A stretch of DNA of 64,000 nt from the human T2T-CHM13v2.0 reference genome, Homo sapiens, in assembly GCF_009914755.1 (NCBI RefSeq), contig NC_060944.1; one strand, 5' to 3'. Both the position numbers and the translations under genes were made by a program. The notes beneath the pieces are model-generated. The model had not been told where the DNA came from. It did not search any database and worked only from the letters and a program-made list of their open reading frames with translations. Below, piece by piece: positions 1 to 35,834 of this stretch (its first letter is position 1; each line of letters opens with the position of its first letter).

Positions 1-6960
<6,960 letters not shown>

Positions 6961-7136
6961 TGACAGTGGTCCATATAGTACCTTATTCAGAAAAGGCTTG
7001 ATGTACAAGAAAATAAGTTATTTGTGATCAGGACAGAGAAGAATTACTGCCTTTTGTGAAATGGATGCTGAGAATCAGTTACGATGTACGGTGCTTGGGA
7101 GGCTGACTTTGATTTCAGTTACAGCCCTGCTGATCC

Positions 7137-7405
7137 TTAGCACGGTGACTGCAAATAGGTTACTCCACCTTCCTGAGTCTCAGTCTTCTTAGCCGAAAAG
7201 CACAGATCATCATCATAATAGCTAACATTAACTGTGTGCCTGGCATAGGGTCTGACCGCTTTATTCAAGCCAGCTCCCAGACATACCTTGCTGGACTGTT
7301 TAATGCCCATTCGACAAAGAGGAGATCGACATGGGGAGGTGTTGAGTAACTTGCCTGGCCACTGAGTCCCTGTCAATGGCAGCTCAGACAGGTGACCCCA
7401 GAGCT
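7137..7405. mobile_element. Degenerate MIR SINE fragments
   Basis: MIR core-like ctgagtctcagtcttct and gcccatt..acaaagaggag...gagtaacttgcc. Confidence 0.5.
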
Positions 7406-7614
7406 ACCCTCCCACCCCCTGACCAGGCCCGTCTCACAGGCCTCTTAGGAAGGGCTCTGTTCAGTAGATGGCAGGCACGTGGTAAGTGTTTCCTAAGCTG
7501 CAGCTGCTGTGTAGATAAAACTCAAAGCAGATATCACAAGTTTTGTCAGATCATACTGTCTCAATTTTGAGGTGAATGCATGTGTTTTACTACTTAACTA
7601 CCTCTGAAATTTAG

Positions 7615-18741
<11,127 letters not shown>

Positions 18742-19297
18742 TGATATGTTCCATATATTTCTTTCTGTATTTCACATAATACATAGTAAAATATTTAAAA
18801 CAGAACAAAAATAGACTTCCTTTTAAGATGTTTTCATATCTGTTCTTACAAAGTTGGCCACAGTTTTTCCCCAACAGTAGTTTGAGTTCAGCAGCAGCTC
18901 TTTTATAAAACGTTTGCTGCACACACTGAGATTGCACCTGGAAGTACAGAAATAAGAACACACGTATTTTATTTTATTTTTTTACCCCTGAAGATCTTTA
19001 AGTCTTCTGAGGAGCATGGACCTGCTAGACTGCAAGCTGCTGCATTCTGAGGAGCAGGGACCTGCTAAACTGCAAGCTGCCGCAGGCGGAGATTTTTGCC
19101 TGTTTGGTTTATTTTGTTACCACTGAGTCCCCAGCTCTGAGAACAGAGCGAGGCATGTGATCGATGCATCGTAACTGTTGAGCAAATGAATGCTGAGCTG
19201 TGATGGCACCGACGTGTCCGGGGAGAGGACGCACCCGGCTGTGTGGACATGTGCCCAGGGCCCAGGACAGCGCCACGGAAGAGGACACACCCGGCTG

Positions 19298-19369
19298 TGT
19301 GGACATGTGCCCAGGGCCCGGGACAGCGCCACGGAAGAGGACGCACCCGGCTGTGTGCACATGTGCCCA
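19298..19369 (+). ncRNA. MIR941-1: pre-miR-941 hairpin (mature CACCCGGCUGUGUGCACAUGUGC at 19344-19366)
   Basis: 72-nt precursor UGUGGACAUGUGCCC...GCACAUGUGCCCA; recognised mature miR-941 on the 3' arm; intronic and sense to DNAJC5. Confidence 0.9.
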
Positions 19370-19425
19370 GGGCCCGGGACAGCGCCACGGAAGAGGACGC
19401 ACCCGGCTGTGTGCACATGTGCCCA
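19354..19425 (+). ncRNA. MIR941-2: pre-miR-941 hairpin (mature at 19400)
   Basis: Next C-type unit; perfect mature sequence; copy number assigned by order. Confidence 0.85.
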
Positions 19426-19481
19426 GGGCCCGGGACAGCGCCACGGAAGAGGACGCACCCGGCTGTGTGCACATGTGCCCA
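19410..19481 (+). ncRNA. MIR941-3: pre-miR-941 hairpin (mature at 19456)
   Basis: C-type unit; perfect mature sequence; copy number assigned by order. Confidence 0.85.
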
Positions 19482-19604
19482 GGGCCCGGGACAGCGCCAC
19501 GGAAGAGGACGCACCCGGCTGTGTGGACATGTGCCCAGGGCCCGGGACAGCGCCACGGAAGAGGACGCACAGGACAGCGCCACGGAAGAGGACGCACCCG
19601 GCTG

Positions 19605-19676
19605 TGTGCACATGTGCCCAGGGCCCGGGACAGCGCCACGGAAGAGGACGCACCCGGCTGTGTGCACATGTGCCCA
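19605..19676 (+). ncRNA. MIR941-4: pre-miR-941 hairpin (mature at 19651)
   Basis: C-type unit with an intact 5' arm; numbering inferred. Confidence 0.75.
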
Positions 19677-19732
19677 GGGCCCGGGACAGCGCCATGGAAG
19701 AGGACGCACCCGGCTGTGTGCACATGTGCCCA
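19661..19732 (+). ncRNA. Additional pre-miR-941-like hairpin with a loop variant (gccatgg instead of gccacgg); mature at 19707
   Basis: Both arms identical to canonical precursors; single C>T in the loop at 19695. Confidence 0.65.
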
Positions 19733-19788
19733 GGGCCCGGGACAGCGCCACGGAAGAGGACGCACCCGGCTGTGTGCACATGTGCCCA
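19717..19788 (+). ncRNA. MIR941-5: pre-miR-941 hairpin (mature at 19763)
   Basis: C-type unit with a canonical precursor sequence; numbering inferred. Confidence 0.75.
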
Positions 19789-20521
19789 GGGCCCGGGACA
19801 GCGCCACGGAAGAGGATGCACCCGGCTGTGTGGACATGTGCCCAGGGCCCGGGACAGCGCCACGGAAGAGGACGCACCCGGCTGTGTGGACATGTGCCCA
19901 GGGCCCGGGACAGCGCCACGGAAGAGGACGCACCCGGCTGTGTGGACATGTGCCCAGGGCCCGGGACAGCGCCACGGAAGAGGACGCACAGGACAGCGCC
20001 ACGGAAGAGGACGCACCCGGCTGTGTGGCAGGGGAGGTTCCCAAGAGCAGGCTCAGGGCTCTGGGGTCTGAGTGAGGGCTCTCCAGCCAGCAGGGAGCAG
20101 GGCAGGGTGTTGAAGAGACGGCAGGTGCGTCAGGGGCTGACGTGGGACCCGGCACTCTGTGCTCTGTGTCTGCCCGGGAACAGGTAGTCCTGCGTCGGAC
20201 CGGGAAGTGTGGTGGGTGTGGTGGGGGAAGGGGCTGGCGTCAGCAGGGCTCTCGTCCGCCAACGTCTGGTGGGGATGCCCGCCATGCGGGGGCCTCAGGC
20301 TACAGCCAGGGCTGTGAAGGAGCCGAGGTCATAGAGTGGCTGCCCTGGCGTAGGGAGGGAGGACACGGGTCCCCGCCATTTCAGAAGCTCAGCGTCCCTG
20401 CACGTGTGCGGTCTTGTCTGCCTAGGCATGTGTGCGGGCCCTGGGGCTGCTGCCAGCAGAACGGACTGGGATACGCTGGATTTGTAAAACGTGACCCTTT
20501 TTGTTTGCTTTTAATTTTTAA

Positions 20522-20654
<133 letters not shown>

Positions 20655-20827
20655 TAGCTGGGATTACAGGTGTGTGCCACCACACCCAGTTAATTTTGTA
20701 TTTTTAGTAGAGACAGGTTTTCTCCATGTTGGTCAGGCTGGTCTCGAACTCCTGGCCACAAGAAGCAATCCACCTGCCTCAGCCTCCCAAAGCCTTGTTT
20801 GCTTTTTTTTATTTTGTTTTGTTTTGA

Positions 20828-21183
<356 letters not shown>

Positions 21184-21631
21184 TAATCCCAGCACTTTGG
21201 GAGGCCGAGGCTGGTGGATCACGAGGTGTGGTGATCAAGACCATCCTGGCTAACACGGTGAAACCCCGTCTCTACTAAAACTGCAAAAAATTAGCCGGGC
21301 GTGGTGGCGGGTGCCTGTAGTCCCAGCTACTCAGGAGGCTGAGGCAGAAGAATGGCGTGAACCCGGGAGGCGGAGCTTGCAGCAAGCCGAGATAGTGCCA
21401 CTGCACTCCAGCCTGGGAGACAGAGCGAGACTCCGTCTCAAAAAAAAAAAAAAAGAGTTCTGACTGAAGGTTGGAACTTAGCCCTCCAGAAATGAAGACT
21501 GCGAATAACGCTGATGGCAGCTCGTCACTTGCAGCAGGTTGCAGCACGTGCTGCTCGTGTAGCTGCGGCTGCACACCAGGCCTCTCCTTTAACTGTGTTA
21601 TAACCTTTCTGTTGACATGGGATCCCCTTGA

Positions 21632-21931
<300 letters not shown>

Positions 21932-22148
21932 TGAAATTTAAACCAAGTTTAGGAAGAATGAAGTTGTGAGGTGCTACTTCAAACATCAGGTGGCAAACTC
22001 CCGGACTCATTACCCCAAGGAAATAGGCAGTCCAGGTTGGTGGCTCACGCCTGTAATCCCAGCACTTCGAGAGGCCGAGGCAGGCGGGTCACCTGAGGTC
22101 AGGAGTTCAAGACTATCCTGGCCAACATGGTGAAGCCCATCTGTACTA

Positions 22149-22313
<165 letters not shown>

Positions 22314-22770
22314 TCAAAAAAAAAAAAAAAATAGACATCAGAAAGGGTTGGCTCCTGTGATCTCGGCACTTTGGTGACCATGACCCAAGGCAGGAGGATC
22401 ACTTGAGCCAAGGAATTCAAGATCAGCCTGAGCAACATAGACCCCGTCTCTGCAAAAAATTTCTAAAAACTTAGCTGGCATGGTGGCTCACGCCTGTAGT
22501 CCCACCTATTCAGGAGGCTGTGTTGGGAGGATCACTTGAGTCTGAGAGGTTGAGGCTGCCATGATCCCTTATCACACCACTGCATTCCAGCCTGGGTGAC
22601 AGAGCAAGACCCTGTCTCCAAACAAACAAAAAAGCAAAAAATGGTGTTTTACCTAGGTATTTACCATTTCCAGTGGTCTTCATTCCTTTCTAAAAATCTA
22701 GGTTTTAGCCGGACATGGTGGCTCATGCCTGTAATCCCCAGCACTTTGGGAGGCTGAGGCGGGTGGCTCA

Positions 22771-23123
<353 letters not shown>

Positions 23124-24638
23124 CTATAGAAAATTTTAAAGTTAGCTGGGCATGGTGGCACATTCCTGTAGTCTTAGCTGCTTGGGATGCTGAGAAGGGA
23201 GGCTTTCTTGAGTCCAGGATTTCAAGGCTGCAGTGAGCCAAGATCGCACCACTGCACTCCAGCCTGGGCAACAGAGAAAAACCTTGTTTCTAAAAAAAAA
23301 AATTAGGCTGGGTAGGGTGGCTCACACCTGTGATCCCAGCACTTTGGGAGGCTGTAGCAGGCGGATTGCTTGAGTCTGGGAGTTTGAGACCAACAAGATC
23401 CTGACTCTATAAAAATTTTAAAAAATAGCTGGGCGTGGTATTGCACACCTGTAGTCCCAGCTACTCAGGAGGCTGAGGTGGGGGGATCAGCTGAGCCCAG
23501 GAGGTCAAGGTTGCAGTGAGCTGAAATGTGACCACTGCACTCCAGCCCGGGCAATAAAGTCAGGCGGGGAAAAGAAAGAATGAGTTAACATTTTCTCAGC
23601 TTTATGTGTTGAGTGATTTTGGATTCTATCCTGAAATGGTAAGAATGAAAAGAAAATCTGCCAAGTCCATCCGTTCCTACACTCTCACTGCCTCCAAGTC
23701 ATTCTGCGCTCTTGAGCCAGAACGACCTGGCCGTTTTTAAAAATGGAGTTTTTTGCCTTAGTAATTGACTTGTGTAAGAGTTCTTTATTCCACTTGTGAA
23801 TTGTTTTTTATACGTACATAATGTAAATATTTTCTCCCCTTCTGTGCCTTTCAGTATGAATCTATCTGAACTCGATTCTGCTGTTGTGTGTGTGTCTTTT
23901 CCTCAGTACCAGATGGTCTTGATTACTGTAGATATATAGTATATGTCTTGAAATCAATAGGGTAAATTCTCTAACTTTTGTTCTTTTTATTAATGTTGCT
24001 GTGGCTAATCTGTCTGCTACATTTCCTTATACATTTAAAAAAATCAGTATCAGTTTCTGCAAAAAAAAATCCTCTTGGATTAGGGTTAGGCTTCTGTCAA
24101 GTCTACAGATCAGTTTGGGGAGAACTGACTTCTTTATATCGAGGCTTCTAATCCGTGAACATGAGGAATCTTTTTCTTATCTTTAGTATCTTAGCAATTT
24201 GTGGTTTTCAACGTACAGATTTCATAGGTCTTGTTATTTCTTTTTCTTTTTTTGAAACAAGGTCTCACTGTGTCACCCAGGCTACAGTGTGGTGGCACGA
24301 TCATGGCTCACTGCAGCCTCGAGCTTCTGGGCTCAGCCATCCTCTTATCTCAACCTCCTGTGTCACTAGGACCACAGACATGAGCCACCATGCCTATTTA
24401 ACTTAAAAACAAAAACAAAAAACCGGGCACGGTGGCTCATGCCTGTAATCGCAGCACTTTGGGAGGCCGAGGGGGGGATTGACTGAGGCCAGGAGTCCGT
24501 GACCAGCCTGGACAACATGGCAAAACCCTGTCTCTAAAAATACAAAAATTAGCTGGGTGCAGTGGTGCGTGCCTGTAGTCCCGTGCCTGCGGCATGGGAA
24601 TGGGTTGAGCCTGGGAGGCGGAGGTTGCAGTGAGTTGA

Positions 24639-25552
<914 letters not shown>

Positions 25553-25643
25553 CCGAGATCGCGTCACCGCACTCCAGCCTGGGCAACAAAGCGAGACTAT
25601 CTCAAAACCCCATATTGATGTCATTTCCTAAATATTTGGTTAA

Positions 25644-25989
<346 letters not shown>

Positions 25990-26332
25990 TTATTACAAAT
26001 ATAACTTTATTAACAGATGCAGGCCTATTCAGATTTTCTATTTCATGTCAGTCTTGGTAAATTGTAATTTTCAAGATATTTGTCCATTTCATCTAATTTT
26101 TCTAATTTCTTGGCATGAAGTTGTTCGTATTTTATCCTTTTCACGCCTCTAGGATCTGTAGTGATGTCTTTCCTCATGTTGCTCAAAGAACCAACTCTTT
26201 TGGCTTTGTTGAAGTTATCTGTTTGTTTTCATGGATTTCTGTTCCTTATGATTTCCTTGCTTGCATTTATGTTGGGTTTATCCTGTTACTTTGTAGCTTC
26301 CTGAGGCGGAGCCTTAGGCCTTGATTAACGTG

Positions 26333-26757
26333 TTGTACTAGTCAGCATTCTGCAGAGGAACGTTGCCATTATCTGTGTCTCTTTCTAAAGGAGATTTGTT
26401 ATGAGGAATTGGCCCACGTCATTATGGAGACGGAATCTCATGCTCTGCCATTTGCTGAAGATTGAGGAAAGCAGTGGGATAATAACAGTCCAAGGACAGG
26501 AGGAGACACGTGGCCCCGCTCAGGCTGGCAGGCGAGAAGGAAAACCCAGGCCAACTCCTCCTCCCACCCCTTTCTATTCGGGACCCCCGTGGACTGGGAC
26601 GACACTCACCTGCACAGGGCAGCGCAGTTGGCTTCATGGAGCCCCCAGCTCAGGTGCTGCTCTTACCAAGAAACACCCTCCCAGGCACACCCTGAAGTCA
26701 TGTTTCATCTGGGTGCCCCACGATGCAGCAAAGGAGACATGAAATTAACCGTCATGT
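26333..26757 (-). mobile_element. Degenerate MLT2 (ERVL) LTR
   Basis: Ends in acatgaaattaaccgtca (reverse complement of the MLT2 start TGATGGTTAAT...); internal gagatttgttatgaggaattggc...attatggag and aaacaccctc...cacacc blocks. Confidence 0.65.
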
Positions 26758-27780
26758 ACACTGTATTTATTATTCAATTCAAAACATTTTCTAAGTTCCC
26801 CTGGGATTTCTTCTTTGAGCTACATGTTAGCCGGAGGTGTGTTGTTGAATATCAAGAGTATCTTCCTCCTGGGTTTCCAGTTTGTAGCTAAGTCAGGGAT
26901 AGTGCTGTGTGTGACCTCATTCCATTACGTTTATTGAAACCAGCTTGAAGCCCTAACATGTGGCTTGTCTTAGTGTACAGCATTCAGTTAAAAACAATGT
27001 GTGTTCTCTAGATGTTGGGTGTTCTGTGACTGTCACGTCATGGTGGTTGATTAGTTAGAAACAATGTAGAAACAATGTGTATTTGCCAGGCGCTGTGGCT
27101 CACACCTATAACCCCAGCACTGTGGGAGGCTGAGGCAGGCGGATCACCTGAGGTCGGGAGTTCAGCCTGAGGTCGGGAATTCAAGACCAGCCTGGCCAAC
27201 ATGGAGAAACCCCATCTCTACTAAAAATACCAAAATTAGCTGGGTGTGGTGGCACATGCCTGTAATCCCAGCTACTCCTGTGTGAGGCTGAGGCAGGAGC
27301 ATTGCTTGAACCGGGGAGGCGGAGGTTGTGGTGAGCCGAGATCGTGCCATTGCACTCCAGCCTGGGCAACAAGAGCAAAACTGTCCCCCCCCCCAAAAAA
27401 GAAAGAAAGAAACTGTGTGTTCTCTAGATGTTGGGTGTTCTGTGAAGATCAGGTCATGGTGGTTGATAGTGTTGTTCAGAACATCGATGTTTTTCCTGAT
27501 TTTTGGTCTGTTCTGTCGATTTCTGAGAAAGTATTAAAATTAAAGTTGGGTCTTGCATTTTTATCCATTCTGTCAGTCCCTTACTTTAATTGGAGTTTTT
27601 TGTCCACTAACATTGAATTTAATTGTTGATATGTTTGGATTTAGATCTTCCAACTAATTTTCTATTTGTTTCCTGTGTTGAGTTACTTTTTCATTTTTCT
27701 TGTAACTTTTTAGCTTATACCTCTTTGCATTTTTTATGCAGAGGTTGCTGTAAGGATTACAATATGCATGTTTATTTTAA

Positions 27781-28110
<330 letters not shown>

Positions 28111-28188
28111 TAAAGTCCATCAGCTCTGCCCTTGGTACTTTCATCTATACTTTGTGATACTTTCTTTTTATTTTTTCTTCTAGAATAG

Positions 28189-31417
<3,229 letters not shown>

Positions 31418-32582
31418 ATCCAGGAGGAGCTGTGGTCAGAGGAGGAGCCGGCGCCTGGCCACGCCAACCTTAGAATCATGAACTGTAGTCACAGAGATGG
31501 GAAGGCAGCCTCCTGCCTGCCCTGGCCTTGCTGGGGCCCCTCCTGCCTCCACGCCCACCCAGCGTCGACCCTTGACCCACGAAGTGCGTAGCATGCAGTA
31601 TTTAAAGCAGTGTAGCTACGGTCTTCTGTTTTTTTCCCTTTTTTAATAGCATGTATGGGGTTCTGTTCCATGTCTGTGTTGTGGACATTCCGCGGCATGA
31701 CCGCGTGAACTGCACGGTGGAGCTGCCTCAGGGCTGTCGGTCAGGTTGGTCCAGTGAGGGGTGACTGCAGCCGGTCAGGTGGGCGAGGAGAAGGGGGGCT
31801 GCCCCTTTCCTACCTGTGCTTGAGGGGCCGGAGGCAGGTGCTGCCTGGCAGAGCTGTGTTACCGTCTTGGCCTCGGGGTCTGGTCCACACTCTGTGCTCC
31901 CAGCCTTGAGGCTGCAGTAGGACTCTGATCTCACCTGCCAGAAGAGAGGCGGGGCCGCGTCCTCCTGGCGTCACCGGCGTCACTGTCATTCCTTGGTGTC
32001 TGTGCTGGGCATGGTTGGCTTGGGGGTCTGTGGTTTCCTGGGCCTTGTGGCAGGGTTTCTCCCGTGGGAGAATTTGGTGTGGAAAGCATAGGAGGCCCCT
32101 TCCGAGGTTGACACCGTGTCCTCCGCGGTGTTTCTCGCCTGGTCGTCTCGTCGTGTGGACGCTGCCGTTCTGGTTCTCGGAGGTGTGTCCTTCGCCGTGT
32201 TGGGGTTATTTGTCTGTGTTCCTGCACTTTTCCCGGGCTCTGAGCTGGATTGATGGGGCCAGTCTCCCCCCTCCCATCTTGAGGTCGTTCTCCACATTCC
32301 TTCCAGCACACCTGTCCTTTCCATAGCCCTTTTTGGACCTTTAGAACCACAGATGATAGGACCAGCCCAATGAGCCACAGTCAGAGAGTAGATTGTGCAT
32401 GTGTGAGCACCCAGCTACTGGGGACGGGGGCTCTCCCACGACCCCTCCTCCTGTGTTTGCCAGAGCTCCCATCTGCCCCACTCGCCTTTGCCCCGTCATC
32501 GATGATTCAGGCAGAGCCAGATTCGTTAGGTCCCTGGAGGAAGGACTGACTGGACCAGAGGGACCCTCTGGCTCAGGAGGGT

Positions 32583-32742
32583 TGGGTCCCTGGGAGGCCG
32601 GCAGCCAGGCCACAGAATCCACACGTGGACCATTGTGGGTCCCTGGGAGGCCGGCAGCCAGGCCACGGAATCCACACGTGGACCATTGTGGGTCCCTTGG
32701 GAGGCCAGCAGCCAGACTACGGAATCCACATGTGGACCATGG
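32583..32742 (+). repeat. 53-bp tandem repeat x3 in the DNAJC5 3'UTR
   Basis: tgggtccctgggaggccggcagccaggccac(a/g)gaatccacacgtggaccattg at 32583, 32636, 32689. Confidence 0.9.
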
Positions 32743-33870
32743 GAAGTCAGTCTCTTGCGTGTCCTAGACCTTGTGGGTGGCGCCCTGCATAGGGGAGCAG
32801 GGGGAACGGGTCTGATGTCCCTGTGCTGGCTGAGGGCTCAGAGCTGCCCGCACTCCGTAGCTCATGGGATGTGCTGGGCCTGCCTTTGGCGCCATGCTGC
32901 AGACTCCAGTGGGCCTGGTTTCTGCAGAATGTCCATGGTGGCCGCTGCAGAGTTGCAGAGGTCCCTGTAGAGATAAAGCTGAGGAGGAGGCTGTGTGTGA
33001 TGGCTCTGGCTCGGACCAACCAGATGAGCCTCCTGAAGCCCCCTTCCCTGCCTGCCTGCTGACCCGTGGCCCCAGCTCACTCATTGCCCTCAGCAGCCAC
33101 CCGAGGCTGTGCAGAAGGGTAGGTTCAGGTTGACCAGGAAGCTGCCAAAAGGGACATGGATATGAGGATACATCTGGACGTGCTTAGGAACAGGGTGCTG
33201 GTTGAGGGCCCCCAGCTGACCCCTACTGCAGATCCGCATGTGGACCATGAGCCGGCTGCCAGCACTAGGTCCTGGGCAGCTTTGTTTGTCCCACTTTTCT
33301 TTGTTTCTTCTCACTAAAATGATCACGAAGACCTTTGACAAGAGGAGAGATATGCACTGTGATATTAAATTAGAAATAATTTATCAAAATCAGACCTCTC
33401 CTAAAAGAATAAGAAATTCATTGTTTGGCCCATCCTGAAAGGTGAGGTGGCGAGACAGTGGGGTGCCTCCGTGCCGCTTCGTGCAGCAGCAAGTTCAGCC
33501 TGAGATGCTGGCTGTACTCAGCCTTTGCAATTTTTGTAGATGTAGCTTAGGACGTGAGTTATTTTTCCGCAGACTGGCCAAGAGCCAGGTTCTAAGCTTG
33601 GACCTAAGGTAGAAAGCTGCCCATCGGGGGCCCTAGCTCAGCCCCACCAGGCCCTCTGTTGGGCCTGCACACAGCTCTGTGGCTAGAACACTCCAAGGCC
33701 CTTCGGTACCCATCAGAGTGGGCCCCTTGCCAGGTGGCTTTTCAGTTACAGAGTCCAGTGGACCATTTTGTAGAACCATGCAGCTCCCTGCGGAAGGTGG
33801 GGTAGGGTGGGAAAGAGGAGCAGGTCTGGAGGTTTGTGGAACCCAGTCCCCTGCAGAATCTGTAAAACCT

Positions 33871-33876
33871 AATAAA
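33871..33876 (+). terminator. Candidate proximal polyA signal in the DNAJC5 3'UTR
   Basis: AATAAA preceded by TGTA (33861) and followed by GT-rich tggtgattgtgatt. Confidence 0.5.
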
Positions 33877-35834
33877 TCATGGTTGTGGCCATTCTCACGG
33901 TGGTGATTGTGATTAGACGACCCCCGGGAAGCCCAGACACTCGGGGCCTGGAGTTCCTCCCCCTGCCTGACCTAGAAGCAGAACCGTTTTCAGCGCTCTG
34001 CCCTGTTGGCTTTAAGGCTTTGTCTTAATTTAAGGAAAAAGATCCTCCCGGGTTTTATTTCTCTCTTTCTTGAGTGGACTGTTTCCCTATAATTAAAAGA
34101 GGTGGTGAGTCCTGGGGCAGCTTCCGCGCCTCCCTGTCCACGTGCTAACAGATCAGGACGCCCCCAGCACCCCTGCCTGCTTTTGCTGGTGGCAGTGACG
34201 GGACCCCGACTCCTCACTCTCGGGCCGCAGACAATGCTGTGAGCAAGTGTGGCCATGGGCACAGAATGTCCCTTTGGACGCCGCTGCTGGGGGCTGCCAG
34301 GGGCCCTCTGGGGTCGTGCTTTGAGGCCCGTCCGGTTCACGAGGGGGTCCGGGCAGCACTGACTGCTTCCGACCTGCAGGAGGCGTAGGAGCGGCCCTGC
34401 GGGCCCTTTCACGGCAGCTGCTGCTGTATAGATTTGTCTCCACTCAGTGACGTGGGATTTTTTTGTCTTCCTTTTGGCTTTATTTTTAAACTGCTTTAGA
34501 TATTACTGCTCAGTGTTTGTGAACTTTCCTAGTTCTCTATGTTGTTAGTGCAGCCAGCACCCAGTGGGGACCTACTAGAAAAAGGAACTGGCATGCACAC
34601 GTGCCCAGCAGGAAAAGCTTCGTCTTCACGTCGGCTGCTGCCATCCAGAAGAGGCCCTGGAGCCTCACGCCGTCGAGGCTGCTCTCAGGCGTTCTGTTCC
34701 GGGCGAGGCTTGTGCTGCAAGGAAGGGCACCAGCATGCAGGCTGCCACTGGAGGGTCCGGGTGCTGCGGGCAGAGTTCAGCGCTTGTCCACCCTCCCTTA
34801 GCTCTGACTCAGTGCATCCTACTGTGGGGACATCTCGTGAGGGGACACGAAATGACTGATCTCACCCTTTCCCAGTATTCAGAGCTGTGAACCCCTGTGG
34901 CGCAGGACTGGCCTGTGTCTGTTATTTTGGTTGTAAATCATTCTCCTGTGGAATTGGCAAAAGCTACATTTTTACTGTCCTTACCAGCAACAGTTTGCGT
35001 CGTCACATGCTGTGAGTGTGGGCTGTGGTGTGTCCGTGTGTGTACATATGTGTATATGTATATATCACGCAGCAGGAGTGTCATTCATGCTGCTGTCCCC
35101 TGGTGAAGTGACAAGTACAATTAAAGGTGGCTCTGAAATGGCCTCTGGTTTCTTGGGAGTCGGGCAGGGACCTGCAGGAGGCTTTCCCAGCAGGTGCACA
35201 GAAGGAAGCGCTGAGCCCACTGTGTGCAGAGGGTGTGTGCCCAGGGCACTGCCACGGCCCCCACCAGCATTGGCCTCTGCTCTGCAGGGTGGGGTGCCCA
35301 TCCTGGGGGCTGTGTGTCATGCTCACCTGACCCAGGTGTGTGTCCCGGTGTGAAATCGAGGAGGGGACTGGAAGCCCTTCCCTGCCTTGAAACATGAAAG
35401 CTGATTTTCTGAGCAGCAGATACGGTCAGTGGCAAAGCTGCATCTGAAGGGCGGCCTGGGAAGGGGCCCTGTGCTGGCCCCGGGTCCGCCCCAGAGGAGT
35501 CCACACAGCACCACCTCCAGAAGGGGCTGGGCCCGGGGTCCTGCAGGCGGCACCTTTTGGTAGAGTTTGTTTCCCTGGAAAATGGGGAAAATGTTTCAAG
35601 CCAGGTGAGGGGGGAAGTTAACACTGAAATATGTATTGTTTTTAAAAATCAAATGCACACGCATGGAAGCTGCTTGTCCATGCACTGGTTTTGTCACTGG
35701 CGTCCTGGAATCCGACCGTGTTGGGGTGCAGGCGCTGTCAGACTCCGGCTGATCCTGGCTCGAGCACACACATCTAAGGGCCAGGCTGGTTCCGCATGGT
35801 GATCTCCGTCTTGTATGTCTGAATGTTGGCCTAA

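Larger units (their letters stand above)
19223..20028 (+). repeat. 56-bp CpG-rich tandem repeat (13 full units, two 27-bp partial units and a terminal fragment) that generates the miR-941 cluster
   Basis: Unit cacccggctgtgtg(c/g)acatgtgcccagggcccgggacagcgccacggaagaggacg starts at 19232, 19288, 19344, 19400, 19456, 19512, 19595, 19651, 19707, 19763, 19819, 19875, 19931. Confidence 0.98.

Noticed and set aside
19223-20028. CRISPR-like appearance of regular repeats (also 29389-29624, 57415-57568, 61184-62026)
   Set aside because: Head-to-tail units with no unique spacers, no cas genes, and a human context
19065-20187. Six long ORFs (291-348 aa) in all frames
   Set aside because: The 56-bp unit has no stop codon in any frame; translations are periodic, with no splice or Kozak support. 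The functional product is miR-941.
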